64,000 bases of DNA from Octopus bimaculoides (lineage: Eukaryota). Each line of letters opens with the position of its first letter. The first letter of the stretch is position 1. The translations under genes and the position numbers were made by a program. The DNA is taken from the NCBI RefSeq assembly GCF_001194135.2, contig NC_068982.1:160854645-160918644 (forward strand). Reading direction: 5' to 3'. The notes beneath the pieces were generated by a model. It did not search any database, had not been told where the DNA came from, and was given only the letters and a program-made list of their open reading frames with translations. This document shows, in pieces, positions 25,696-38,949 of this stretch.

Positions 25696-28053
25696 AATGA
25701 TATAATATTATCGTTAATATTTCGATTCCTACCCTTAAAAATAATATTTCATAATGTACTTAAAATTGAAGCCTCGTGTCCATTTTAACTGAAATTTATA
25801 GATTGTCTTCCACAGTATCCACGTGTCATTAGGCAAAATTGTTCTCAACTACACCTAGATGCCATGTTGTTTTCAGGTCCCAAAACGAAGGGAACGCTAA
25901 ACGCTTCACATCAAATCATTAACGGCGTAAATCTTCCCATGGCCACAGCATTGCTCCTTGCAATCAATCACAATGAAGAATAAATCTGCTTATCCCTAAA
26001 TTCGACAGGAAAAAAACATACGTCAGCCTCCCACCGAAAGAACAGAGTTTGATGCTACTTTGCGAAAGTCTCATTGGCTGGCACAGAATTCATTGCTTCT
26101 TAGCAACCAACTATTGCAGAATTTCGTCAACTTACTGAACCACCTTTACATCAATCGCGACTAGGCACGTGAATACCTTAAGTCTCTTTGGTGATGTAAG
26201 AACGCCGAAAAATTCAGGATTTTCTTCTCTTGCATTTATTTTAAATAGCCGAAAAATGTACATGGCAAATCCCATAAAAAATTCCAATACTACCAGTAAA
26301 TAAGGCTATTGTAGCGAATTGTCTAGATACGCTATACTCTTTACACGTCACATGACTAAGAATGGTCAATTCCTATAATGTGTAACTATCTCAAGTGTCT
26401 GTTTGAGATTTTTAATGTCAAGCAAGCTATAAAGAGCTCTTCTACGCTCAAACGAAAGGCAAATTGCACGATGAACAGTTGACTGTTTTTAGTCATGTGA
26501 CATATGAAATACAATAGCCAATTTAATCTGTTTTCAACTTTTATTCAATAGCATTTCAATCCTTATGAGAATTCACTGTCAGAAAGTCACACGTTGCAGT
26601 CACACATCCCAAGAAGTCAATGCAACAGTTCATGCTAGTAGGGTCTGTTTAGCATTTAAACGGTACGTTTCTTCTACACTGTTCAATACATAAATATTGC
26701 AAGACTCACACGTTTAATATTTCACGCTGAAACCTTATAGATTTACATATACTCAGTTAGCAACTAATTTTGCTAGTTACGACAATAAAGAGATCTTGAT
26801 TCTAATTGAATGTCAATCAGCATAAATTATTACAAACTACTCTTACGTTTTTCACAAAGAGGCAGCTTTCACGCAATCGCTCAGCCTACAAAAATCAGCT
26901 AAGTTTCAGAGAAAGCACACCCTACGAAATAAAAAAGTGAACACATAGTATATTGTGGGTTTAGATACGCTATTCCCAAAACAAAGGATGTGATAATTAT
27001 TATTTTTGGCAGCCATTTCATCGAGGTTGGTATGATGGGGGGGGGGGGGTTAAGCAAGAACTATTAAATGTCCTAAAATTAAACGACAACTTCATACAAA
27101 GATATTAATGCGAAACGAAGAACTAAATCAGTTTCAAAATAACGACAATGTTTATTACGGTTATTTAAACATTATGTTAAAGAAGTTAATTATAACTGGT
27201 CGAAATGACAACAAAGATAAAGAGAAGGCAATAATTATATGCAAACGAGTGAACAGCGTTGGAGGGTGAATCGATGCTCAAGCTGAAAGAGCGATTAAAA
27301 TTACTATTAATTATATCAAATGGCGTTGTCATAAGCGATTAAAAACAATGTTTAACATGTGTTTAATGCAAGGATTAAAGCATATCGTTTATAAATATTT
27401 TCAGTTATTTTAAGTATTGGCTGTATTTTCAAAAATTATACTCTATTGTTCTTCCTTCTCATTGAGCCATTTCTTTTCTTCTTTTCTTTTAGTCATTGGA
27501 TTGTGACCATGCTGGGACACTACTTTGAAGGGGTGGGGTTACTGATAAAATTGGCTCCAATAGTTATATCTAGTATTATTTTATTGGATTCTTTTGCTGG
27601 CCCATTAAGTTACGGGGTTGTAAAAACAACAATAATATATACATAAGAAGAGCACCCACGCAATTTCTGCTGACAAAATTCACTCATAAATCATTGATCA
27701 GCCCTGATCTTTGCTAGAAGACATATGCCCAAGGTACCGTTAATTGGGACCGAAACCAAAACCATGAAGTTGTGAAGTACAATTCTTAACCACAAAGCTA
27801 TGTCTGCGCTATTTATTTATGAAGTCAAATTAAGTATATGCGAATGTGTTAACGGTAGGATCTAAGGAACTTGGTAATGATCTGTGTTGGCAATTAGAGA
27901 TTATAAACACTTCAGAAGTATAATAAATTGACCGACTCTATGTAGTAGGTAAAGTCGTGCACTTTGAACTGTATTCTTCATTAGTTCCTAAGAGCTGTTA
28001 GCAAAATNNNNNNNNNNCTGAAGTCAACTTAGGTTTTCTTCTGCTGGGGCCGA

Positions 28054-28270
28054 TATTCTTTTCTACTCTAAGTACAAGGCCCGACATTTTGGGGGAGGAG
28101 GCCAGTCGATTGGATCGACTTTAGAACGAAACTGGTACTTAATTTATTGACCCCGAAAGGATCAAAGGCGAAGTCGACCTCGGCGGAATTCGAACTAAGA
28201 ACGTAAAGACAGACGAAATACCGCTAAGCATTTCGCCCGGCGTGCTAACGTTTCTGCCAGCTCACCGCCT
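28054..28270 (-). mobile_element. tRNA-derived SINE family A, best-preserved copy
   Basis: Reverse strand AGGCGGTGAGCTGGCAGAAACG (A-box-like)...GTTCGAATTCC (B box)...tail ending GAGTAGAAAAGAATA; many homologous copies in the window. Confidence 0.9.
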
Positions 28271-29012
28271 CTGATAAAGTAATATTCAATAATAACATAT
28301 CCCCTTAAGCGTCGAAACGCCTCACTAAAATTTAAGCCCTTTTGTGTATTATGCTAATTACTATTGTCCTTAATAATATTACTATTACCAATATTATCTA
28401 TCAGCATCTTTCCAAGATTTTTATATGACTTTCTACTGTTCGTCTGTGTTAATGAGATTTGCTATATGGATTCTACTCTAAGCCCAGGCGGTGCATTGTG
28501 TCCTTGAGCATCAGCTGAAAATATGTACCAGCCCAGTATTAGTGCAGCCTTCTCTGGTTCTGACACAATGGATGTTCCACAGGATCCATTATAGGAGGTT
28601 TGAGGGATGTTTATATCTTATCAATACTACTAAGTCGACAAAAAAATGTATATGCAAAAGCAGGATGCATGCTACCAGGCCATACTCACAAGCGAATATG
28701 CCCTGTCTCTTCAATTATCATAGGATCATATAAGCGTCCATTCGGTTTCAAAACTTTCGCTACATATGTACTGACCCTTATCATTACTAACGATAATATC
28801 GGTAGTAACACGAAGAAGCGCTGATAATATGCACTAAATAATAAGTATATACAAAAATTATTGTTGCCGCTAAACGTGTTATCAATGAATACAACTAATA
28901 AGATATTAAATAGAGTAAAGGTAAATCTGTAGATGAAAAAATTTACAGGAACTATAAATTTTGAATATATCCATGTAAAGAAAAGAACCTTTCGGATTGG
29001 TGTAATATAAAA

Positions 29013-29049
<37 letters not shown>

Positions 29050-31360
29050 TATGCACTCACGTATATGCAAATGTGTGTGCGTGTGCGCGCGCGCGTGCCC
29101 CACTTAATTGCTTCAACTGCTGTTTTCTTTCAATCTGCCCCCATCAAACCAAACATACCTCCACTTGCTGAAAAATTACACCTGAACTTCCAATAGTTTT
29201 TCTAGTAAGCTCTCAAATTTTTCAGGGTGTTGTCCCGTTTTTATTTTCTCTGCAGTCTTGCTATATTCATACTTTTCTATTGAGAGCTTTGCCTACTACA
29301 TTTCAGCACTTACTATGTTAGTGGCATCAGTGAAAGTTTGCTTTAGCAACGTTTACTCAAGTGACTTCTTATGTCACAGTCACATATTCGGAGTGTATGT
29401 TTAACACGATTAGCGCTTTTGTCCTCATTACAATTTTTTGGCAGTAAGGACACCATGATTCATACCTGGTCATCAGTTATCAACAATGGATATACAAACT
29501 TTTAGAAGCAGAATTTATCAATAATTGTACAGAAATTTTGCAGTATTCATTTAGCACATTATCGACAAGAAGCTATTCTCAGCTGTTCACAGCTATAAAT
29601 GTGCTTATTACCTTTTATTGGGATAAAATATAATACAATCAGAGTGGCGTAGTGGGTGTCTACATCCACAAAAATTATGCACTAAATCTCGGGATTGTGG
29701 ATAAATTTGCTTGCAATGGGATCGATCTGATACTTCGTGTTGGTCTCTTCGTTTGAGAAAAAAAAACTGTAAAGGAAACAAGGGTTTCTTCCTGTATATA
29801 GTTATATGAAAGTTAGACAGTTCTTAAGATAGGGACATCTGCAACAGATGGTAAGCAGTTCTTAAGATACGAACATTTGTGACTAAATTTGAACACTTCT
29901 ACTTAAAACCCATTACCAGTTTGTTCAATTGACTTAGTGGAATTCACTAATCATCGATAATACGATTAGAGTCCCGAAGCATTAGGCAATATAATATTTC
30001 AAGAGGTTTAGATGTTATATCTCTAATAGATGTATCTAGCAACAGCAGCAATTAATTTGTTTGTTGTTGTTTTGTTTGTATTTTCAGATATATTAAAGAA
30101 GAATGTCTATTGAATCCACTCAGGGTTACTGACTCTTGCAGAAAAATAACCGAGTGTAGGCTCAAATTGAGTGACACATTTGATTGAAGAATCATGGGAT
30201 ACATTGCAGTCTTTACATGCCGCAAGCTTCCTACCATTCTATGATGTTCCACTTCAACGCAATACTGTTCTTCATATTATCGTCACTGGAAGAAGAAAAT
30301 ATGAAATCTAAATCAATAGACTTTGATGTGAGAATTGACGACAGACCTCGAACTAAACACTGTTAAACCTACAGTTTATCTCTTTTCCTCTCTCCTCTTA
30401 CTAAATCACCCATAAAAAAATAATATATTTCTACGACAGTGATTTATTATGATGTCCGATGTCACTTTTTATATCTTTAATCAAAGAACAACTTGATCTT
30501 TCACGCTGCTAATATTTCCTTTCTTATACCAACTCACTCTCACGCCTCTTCTTTGCTTTTTGCACTCTTTCTTTTCTCAAAGACATCCTCTTTATATATG
30601 GTCTACACATTAAAACAATTTTATTTAGAGATATATCAAAGCATTGCTTTATTTGCAACAGATAGAAAGAAAAAATACCATCATCCTCTTTCGCTAGACC
30701 TATTAATGAAATGATGTGATGGATAAGTAAGATGTTCTGGTTGATTAGTATCCTGGGTATGTCTCCGGATATATATTTTTATTTTATAGTATTTTATTCA
30801 TGAGAAATAATACTTTCCTTCCTTGAAACTTTCATTGTAACTTTGAAGTTCCTGTGAATTTCATTAGTATAAAGTAGATTTTATCGACCTTTACTTAACA
30901 TCCTTCCCCAGAATCGTTGATTCATAAAATGTTTTATGGTCCTTAACGCTATATCTTACACCAAGAGATTGGTCAATATGTAGTTAGAATGAACAAGCCA
31001 ATTGTAAACCAAGCATTCAATTTTATTTTTATTAGCCTATTCGACGAAAAAAAAAATCGAAAATAAAATAACACATCTACATCTATCACTTGAGAAAATT
31101 AGGAAAACGTTAAGACCACTGATTTGTCTGTGTCGAAAGTATAATTGGCTTTAGACACGACACATAATGTGATAATTTTTCCCATAGGTATAACAACTAT
31201 ACCATGGAATCCACAATAGTTAGTGATTCATTAGGCAAATGTTGAATTCACCATAGATAGTAAGCTACCGTTTAATCTCAGTTCAAGTGATTTCGCTAAT
31301 ACCCATACATTTAACATAGATAAGTGGACTAGTTAGTAAACTTCCCATACACACACACAG

Positions 31361-31437
<77 letters not shown>

Positions 31438-31645
31438 GAGGGGAGATAGAGACGAGCGCGCGTTTGTGGTTAAAAACAAGTAAAAGAGTACTCAATATGT
31501 GCACATGCAATGTATATGTTTGAGACACAAAGGCTGAAGATTTGCTTCGAAACTACTACAAGTCAGCGCTGAGTGCGACGGTTAATGTGGGAATATGATA
31601 AAACAGCTTTGTCGATTAAATGATTGCATGTAGAAAGAAACTCAT

Positions 31646-31900
31646 GTGGCGACAGACTCATGCGTGGTAATAAGCTTACTTCTCAAGCACATGGTTCCAG
31701 GTTCAGTCACACTGCGTGGCACCTTGGCTAAGTGTCTTCTACTATGGCCTCGGGCCGACCAAAGCCTTGTGAGTGGATTAGGGAGAAGGAAACTAAAAGA
31801 AGACCGTCGTATATATGTTAGGGTGTGCGTGTGTATGTATATTATCTATGTGTACGTGTGTCTTTGTGTTTCTTTGTCCACCATCACCGCTTGACAACCA
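31646..31900 (+). mobile_element. Composite SINE family C: tRNA head, body, internal microsatellite, start of 3' module
   Basis: ggttcagtcacactgcgtggcaccttggctaagtgtcttctactat...gaagaccgtcg, then TG/TA repeats, then ttgtccaccatcaccgcttgacaacc (31874-31899). Confidence 0.8.
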
Positions 31901-32112
31901 AGACCTTGTCACATGGGACCTTGAAGACTGCTAGAAAGCAGGAAAGTATACGAGTCCTTCAATATTTAATATTCAATATTTCATTTATTCAATAAGACAT
32001 TCAATACTTCATTTCATTTTACTATATATACTATATATTCCATATTCTATATCCCACATTAATTTTATAAGAATATAAATAAAACATAAAAAACAGAGTT
32101 GGAATTCTTTTG

Positions 32113-32154
<42 letters not shown>

Positions 32155-32204
32155 GTATAGATGTATGTACATATACGTGTATATATATATGCAAATATAT
32201 ATAT

Positions 32205-32617
32205 TCGTTTATTCTTTCATTCTTTTACTTGTTTCAGTCATTTGACTGCGGCCATGCTGGAGCACCGCCTTTTTAGTCGAGCAAATCGACCCCAGAACTT
32301 ATTCTTTGTAAGTGTAGTACTTATTCTATCGGAATTTTTTTGCCGAACCGCTCAGTTACGGGGACGTAAACACACCAACATCGGCTGTCAAGCGCTGGTG
32401 TGGGGACAAACACAGACACACAAGCACGCACATATATATATATATACATATATACGACGGGCTCCTTTCAGTTTCCGCCTACCAAATCCGCTCAGAAGGC
32501 TTTGGTAGGCCCGAGCCTATAGTAGAAGACACTTGCCCAAGATGCCAGGCAGTGGGACTGAACCCGGAACCATGTGGTTGGTAAGCAAGCTACTTATCAC
32601 ACAGGCACTCTTGCGCC
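32205..32617 (-). mobile_element. Composite SINE family C, near-complete copy
   Basis: 32454-32617 is the reverse complement of 31646-31810; internal (CA/TA) repeat; 3' module at 32205-32410. Confidence 0.85.
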
Positions 32618-33692
32618 ATATATATTATTTATATTATTATATGATTGAACGCCACGCATGCTCTTCCAAGTGAGTTTTATCTTATTAATTCTGATGCGCA
32701 CTCTATACGATATTTTTACTCTTTCGTTTTTCTCTCTTGTTCTCTCTCTTATTCTTTTACCTCCTCTTCTCCCTCTATTATATTTTATTATTCTGTCACT
32801 CTCTCTCCCTCACTCCTCCTCCCTTTCTCACGTGGTTCCCACGTGACCATCGGCCATCTTTCTTTCTTTCTCTCCATTGTAGCTGTAACAAGGAAGATGT
32901 GTTCTTGTTTGTCTCCTGTACTAGCTTGATTTACGCGTTCGCCACCACAACCTCGTGTTTGTTTTCACTGTACTCGGGCCGACCAAAAAAAAAAGTCGAA
33001 GATGTTTTATGGGATGGCTATTTTCTGGTCATGTTTGCACACATACACACACGCACACACTCACTCACTCACACACACACATCAATAAAAAGTTTCACCA
33101 GAGATTTTTTAAGTCAGCTAACGTAAAGCTATATGCCCATCAAATTCGAGAATGAGTAAAATCAGAGAAAAATTATTGAAACGCAAAAATTCAAATATGA
33201 ACGTGAAAAGTATAAATTCTAGTTTAGAGAAAATGACGTAATCAGCTTTCGCTGCTGTAACTGTTGAGATAGAAAAGAAAAGGAAGTAGAAGTTGAAAGG
33301 AAGATAATACTTACACGAAAACTTCTTTTNNNNNNNNNNTATATATATATATATATATATATATGCGCAGACATACATACGCGCTCACACACACACATCC
33401 AAATATATAGGCATATACATACAACTAGATACACAAGCATACGAACACATATGGACGAATATATACATATATATGTATAGGAACTCGTATACGCAGGTGC
33501 ACACGTGTATATATACATGAATGTACGTACATAGCATAGATAAATATGTGCATAGATTCGTATCTAAAGCAAGATACACACGTTTGTGCAAAGCTTCACA
33601 CATACACATACACACACATGTTAATATACTCGCATATACACATAAGTAAATATATATACGTATATATATATATATATGCATACATACATGCA

Positions 33693-33727
<35 letters not shown>

Positions 33728-33944
33728 GTATGCATATAGACATATAAACACACGCCCACATCCACACATACATACACATGTATATACATATATATACATA
33801 TATGTATCTAGATAACAAGATCATATGTCAAATACAAGTTATTCGAATATAGTTCTTCAAGTTCAGGTGTATAAAGAGTTGTGGACACCATGTATACATC
33901 AAGTTATGTATGGTCGGGAGTGTAATACGTGAATGTGCATTATA

Positions 33945-35014
33945 TATATATATATATATTCTTTTCTACTCTAGGCCAAGGCCCGAAATTTGGAAGGAGA
34001 GGGCCAGTTGATTAGATCTACCCCTGTACGCAACTGATACTTAATTTATCGACCTCGAAAGGCTGAAAGGCAAAGTCGACCTCCGTAGAATTTGAATATA
34101 TATATATATGTATATTAGGATCTAAACATATGCATATATATATTTGGATCTGGATTGTCTTCATCTAGAGCCAGGAACGGGCAACCATGCAGCTCTTACC
34201 CTCCCAGGTTAAAGTCGGTGTGTCGCCGATGAAAGCGACTTCTCTCTTTGGGTATGTTTCCTTGGGAAGGGTGTGATGGGATACTCAACACAGCTANNNN
34301 NNNNNNNNNNNNNNNNNNNNNNNNNNNNNNNNNNNNNNNNNNNNNNNNNNNNNNNNNNNNNNNNNNNNNNNNNNNNNNGTTGTGTTAAATGTTTTTAAGA
34401 GATAAATTTTGAAAGCTGCATTCCCTCGCTTTCGGTAAATATGTTGCTTATTTTTGGTAGTTTTTTACTTATTTAGTCCCTCGAAGCGTGAGGCATTAAT
34501 ACACAGTTAATGCCCTTATATATAATTAATTATATTTATGAAGAAACGATGAATTTTTTTCATTACGAAATTTTTCGTTATTTTTTCATTATGAGGTTTT
34601 TTTCACGCTGACTACTTGATAAATTCTTATAAAGAATTTATCCTATATTATATTATATTATATATATATATATATATTCTTTTCTACTCTAGGCCAAGGC
34701 CCGAAATTTGGAAGGAGAGGGCCAGTTGATTAGATCTACCCCTGTACGCAACTGATACTTAATTTATCGACCTCGAAAGGCTGAAAGGCAAAGTCGACCT
34801 CCGTAGAATTTGAATATATATATATATGTATATTAGGATCTAAACATATGCATATATATATTTGGATCTGGATTGTCTTCATCTAGAGCCAGGAACGGGC
34901 AACCATGCAGCTCTTACCCTCCCAGGTTAAAGTCGGTGTGTCGCCGATGAAAGCGACTTCTCTCTTTGGGTATGTTTCCTTGGGAAGGGTGTGATGGGAT
35001 ACTCAACACAGCTA
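33945..35014. repeat. Exact direct duplication (33945-34296 = 34663-35014) around gap 34297-34378; contains a SINE family A 3' half
   Basis: Constant offset of 718 bp with no differences seen; the first copy stops at the gap. Probable assembly artefact. Confidence 0.85.
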
Positions 35015-37138
35015 AAAACAGCATTTGTCAAAGGAGAGCCATAAGCTGACTCTCCCCCGTCAACCAGTAACTTCTAAAACGGCGGACGAAGCGGAAGTAG
35101 AACCTCTCATATTCTTATGGCTAGATATTCTCAAAAGTTTATGCTGACGGACGAGGTAAATGCCAGACGGACTGGCTATGAAGGAGCAATTCAACTATAA
35201 TTTAGAATCTGCGGCAGTCCATTGCAGTTTCATCTCCAATGCTGCATGTGCCGCAAAGGAAACTTTTGAAATCACAGTGCCTGGATCACCTCCTGGCAAG
35301 TCGTGATCCACCTTAATTAAACCCACGCTATCGGCTTTCTTCCTGGGTACAACTTTGAATTTCCTGTGTTTCTACTGCTCGTCATACTTTCGTCCTTTTT
35401 TTCCATGCTTAAACCATGACTCATAAAGTTCAACGTTGATTGGATAAGGATAAGGGATGCAGTTTTAGGTGAAACCGGGAGCTCCTAATCCGGCCTTACA
35501 CGTTGGCAACAGGTGTGTGATGGTTGCCTTCCCAAGACCTTGTGACTACTTGGCGCTCTGCGCTGCCCACCCCAACGGGTAAGGCCAGATAAATACGAAA
35601 GTCATCGGAAGTCATTTTCACTACATCGGAAGTCATTTTCACTACCTAGCTGGGTACTTGCACTCGGTGGGTCACACTTAATGCGGTCGTAACACTAAAT
35701 CTGGATGCAGCTGAAACCTCAAGGCCTAAGTGAAACTAACGTTAAGAACTGCGAACGTGAGAAGTCTTTTGGACATAGACAACTCCGACAGACACCGAAA
35801 GACAAACTACCCGCGTCTCTTAAAAGCACGCCAGATTCATCGTCGACATTGCTGCACTGAGTGAAACATGACTTTGATATGAAGGAAAGAGCCACGAAGC
35901 TAGTGCTGGAAATACATTTTTTATTATTTTTTTTTTGGGGGGGGGGGAAACATCAAAGAGGGGAAAGAGCCTACGGTGTGGGTTTGTTGCCAAATCTCCA
36001 ATCGTGCTCGACCATCAATTAACTCCAACTGCCATCAATAAGAGGCTTCTGATTCTTCGTGTACCACTCGCAAAAGACAGCTTCATTTTCATGATTCCCG
36101 AAGGATATCTTAGACCGCTGGAAGGAACACTTTTCTGGTTTACTAAATCATGAGTCAGCAAAAGACTTCCTTAGAAAAGTACCTTTCTTTCATCTCAACC
36201 TTAAATGAATGAATAACCCTCCGTCGTACCAAGAGTCCCAAAATGCAATGAAATATATGAAAACAACAAATGCCCTGGGATCCGATAACATCCCATTCGA
36301 ATTGCTGCAAGATGACGGATTGCCGCGCAAACTAAACTGGTCATCCTGTTTCTAAAGATGTAGGAAGCACGTCAGGTCCCAAATGATCTCAAAGATGCTA
36401 TCATTACCAGTATATTTAAGAAAGGAGTGAGAAAATCCTGTGGAAACTATCGTGGTTTTTCGCAACTTGCTATTGTAGGGAAGATTTTTGCTCGAATACA
36501 CTTAAACCGCCTCCATCATCGCGGAAAGAGATTTTCCAGAATCTCAGTGTAGTTTCCGAGTTTCTTGTGGAACCATAGACATGATCGTCTATGCCAAACA
36601 AATCTGAGGGAAGTACTGAGAACAACAAAAAGCACTTTTCCTTGTCTTCTATGATCTTGAAAAGGCTTTTGACATTGTACTGAGACATTGGTTTTTGATC
36701 ACTTCGGATATGCTGATCATTTCATCTCGCTGATCCTAGCCCTGCAATATGGTATGACTGGAGTGACTTTCATTGAGATTGACTGACAGAGGAATTCCAA
36801 ATTACAAGTAGATTGAAGCAAGTTTGCGAGTCGCTCTTACGCTCTTCTCCCTATACCTTGCTGCAATGATCTATGAACTTCCCCTGGATCAGGCAGGAGT
36901 AGATGTCAGATATCGTTTTCATGAAAGACTCTTTAACCTGACAAGATTTCTGTTAAAGAATCTCACCAGTACAAAGCGAATCTCAGAACTCCAATACATC
37001 GAAGACAATGTGGCACTCAGTCACTCATGCTTCAACTGAAACAAGTTGTCAATAATTTCACCAATATGTATTGGGCTCACTGTAAATGCTAAACAAAACT
37101 CCTTTCCTAACCATCGCCGAAAAATTCTACCTGTCCTG
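34860..37138 (+). mobile_element. Degenerate RTE-clade LINE (5' UTR, AP endonuclease, internally deleted, reverse transcriptase)
   Basis: NVRSLLD (35754), DIAALSET, LLILRVPL, RWKEHFSGLLN, GSDNIPFELL, GNYRGFSQLAIVGKIFAR (36442), FYDLEKAFD, ELQYIEDN (decayed YADD). Ends at a (TG)n tract. The 5' boundary is approximate. Confidence 0.88.
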
Positions 37139-37225
<87 letters not shown>

Positions 37226-37240
37226 GTGTGTGTGTGTTTG
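37139..37240. repeat. (TG)n microsatellite
   Basis: Directly visible. Confidence 0.97.
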
Positions 37241-37434
37241 TGTGGTCTGATGAATAAGTATCAGGACTGTTGCTATAGTAAGGAAGCTAAAACACGCAGG
37301 GTAAAGCTGCTTAGTACAGATTAACCTCAAACTCTGCTGTGCATGCACATTAAGTTTTAATATTCTAACTCACTGCCGCAGTATACAGCAGTGCTTGGAA
37401 GAGAGGTGCGTAGCGTGAGACCGTTGCATTGACC

Positions 37435-37676
37435 ATGACAGAGAACGTTGAGCAGAGAATCTGCATCAAATTTTGCCAAAAGCTTGGCACTACCTGCTCA
37501 GAGGCCTACGCAAAGTTTTCAAATAGTTTTCATCATTCTCGACACAATCAATGAGATCTTGTGCAACTGAAACCCGAGTGACCTTTTGGTCAGCTGAAAG
37601 CAGTTTGGGCACAAACTTGGCAGATACGCCTCTCATACCCAAATCTTCAATGATAATGGACTGAACTGAGCCGTAT
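37435..37676. mobile_element. Rearranged mariner transposase remnant with two pieces in opposite orientation
   Basis: + strand 37435-37516 MTENVEQRICIKFCQKLG; - strand 37676-37513 SVQSIIIEDLGMRGVSAKFVPKLLSADQK...ENDENYLKT (mariner WVP/FVP linker region). Confidence 0.85.
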
Positions 37677-38044
37677 CTAATCGGATGGTGATTCGACCTG
37701 TCTAAATGGACAACGGTCTAGCGTTCCTGAAAGGTCAGGATCGAAGTACAAACGATGCCAAGGTTAAGTAGTATAAGCCTGGCGGACTCGACCAGTCGGC
37801 CGACTTGAAATCGTATAGGATCTGACGAGACAGGTTGTTTAGTCTGTGGTTGTATGTTGAGCAGTTGTGATTGCACCCAATATATGCAATTTATGATTTG
37901 GATTGATCGTGTTTACTTGATTTCTTAGATCGTGGAGATAAGGAGTGGCTAGATTTTGATCAAAGTGAGGATTTAGGTAAATAAAAGTTTGAAGGAGTTT
38001 TTCTAAAATATACATAGGTAGACATGCTTACACTGATATGTATG

Positions 38045-38090
<46 letters not shown>

Positions 38091-38700
38091 TGTGTGTGTG
38101 TCTATATGTACATGTAGATGAACGTATATACATACATGTACATATATATGCATATACTCATATATTGTTTATATTTATATATATATATATATATATATAC
38201 ATATATATACATATATATATATATTTGTATGTGTTTGTATGTGTAAGTACATTTTTGTTGGTTCATTGTTTTTGTTGTTAGTTTTGATGTATGCCGATAT
38301 GTATATATCACATGCGTGTATATATGCGTGTATACATGCGTGCGTGAGCACGTTGTATACGTATAATATAATGGCAGTACCGAGCATGAATCTATTTAGG
38401 CTGGAACTAATAAAAGTGTATATGAGTGAGTGATATATATATCGTATACGATATATATATATGGTGTGTACACACATTAATATATATATGTGTTTGTGTT
38501 CGTGTGTTTGTGTGTGTGTTTGTGTATGTGTGTCTGTGTGTGTGCGTTTGTGTGCGTGAGTGTTTGTGTGTGTGTATTTGTGTATGCGTGTCCGTGTGTG
38601 TGTGCGCGTGTGTGTATTTATGTGATATATCCACATATCTATGTATATGTGTATGTGTGTGGTATATCCACATATCCACGTGTTTATATGCGTATGTCTG

Positions 38701-38746
<46 letters not shown>

Positions 38747-38874
38747 AGTACAGAGAAGAAAGGAGCGAGTATTAAGAAGAGATGAAACATAAACAAGATA
38801 AATATTTCATACATCGAAGGGAAAATGAAACAAAGCGATATCGATATTACTTCGACAGCACGGACATTTAAGCA

Positions 38875-38879
38875 GCAGA

Positions 38880-38949
<70 letters not shown>

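Noticed and set aside
34860-35110. HDV-like ribozyme at the RTE 5' end (ggagag/ctctcc pairing)
   Set aside because: The paired strands are too close to enclose the P2-P3-L3 elements required by the fold.
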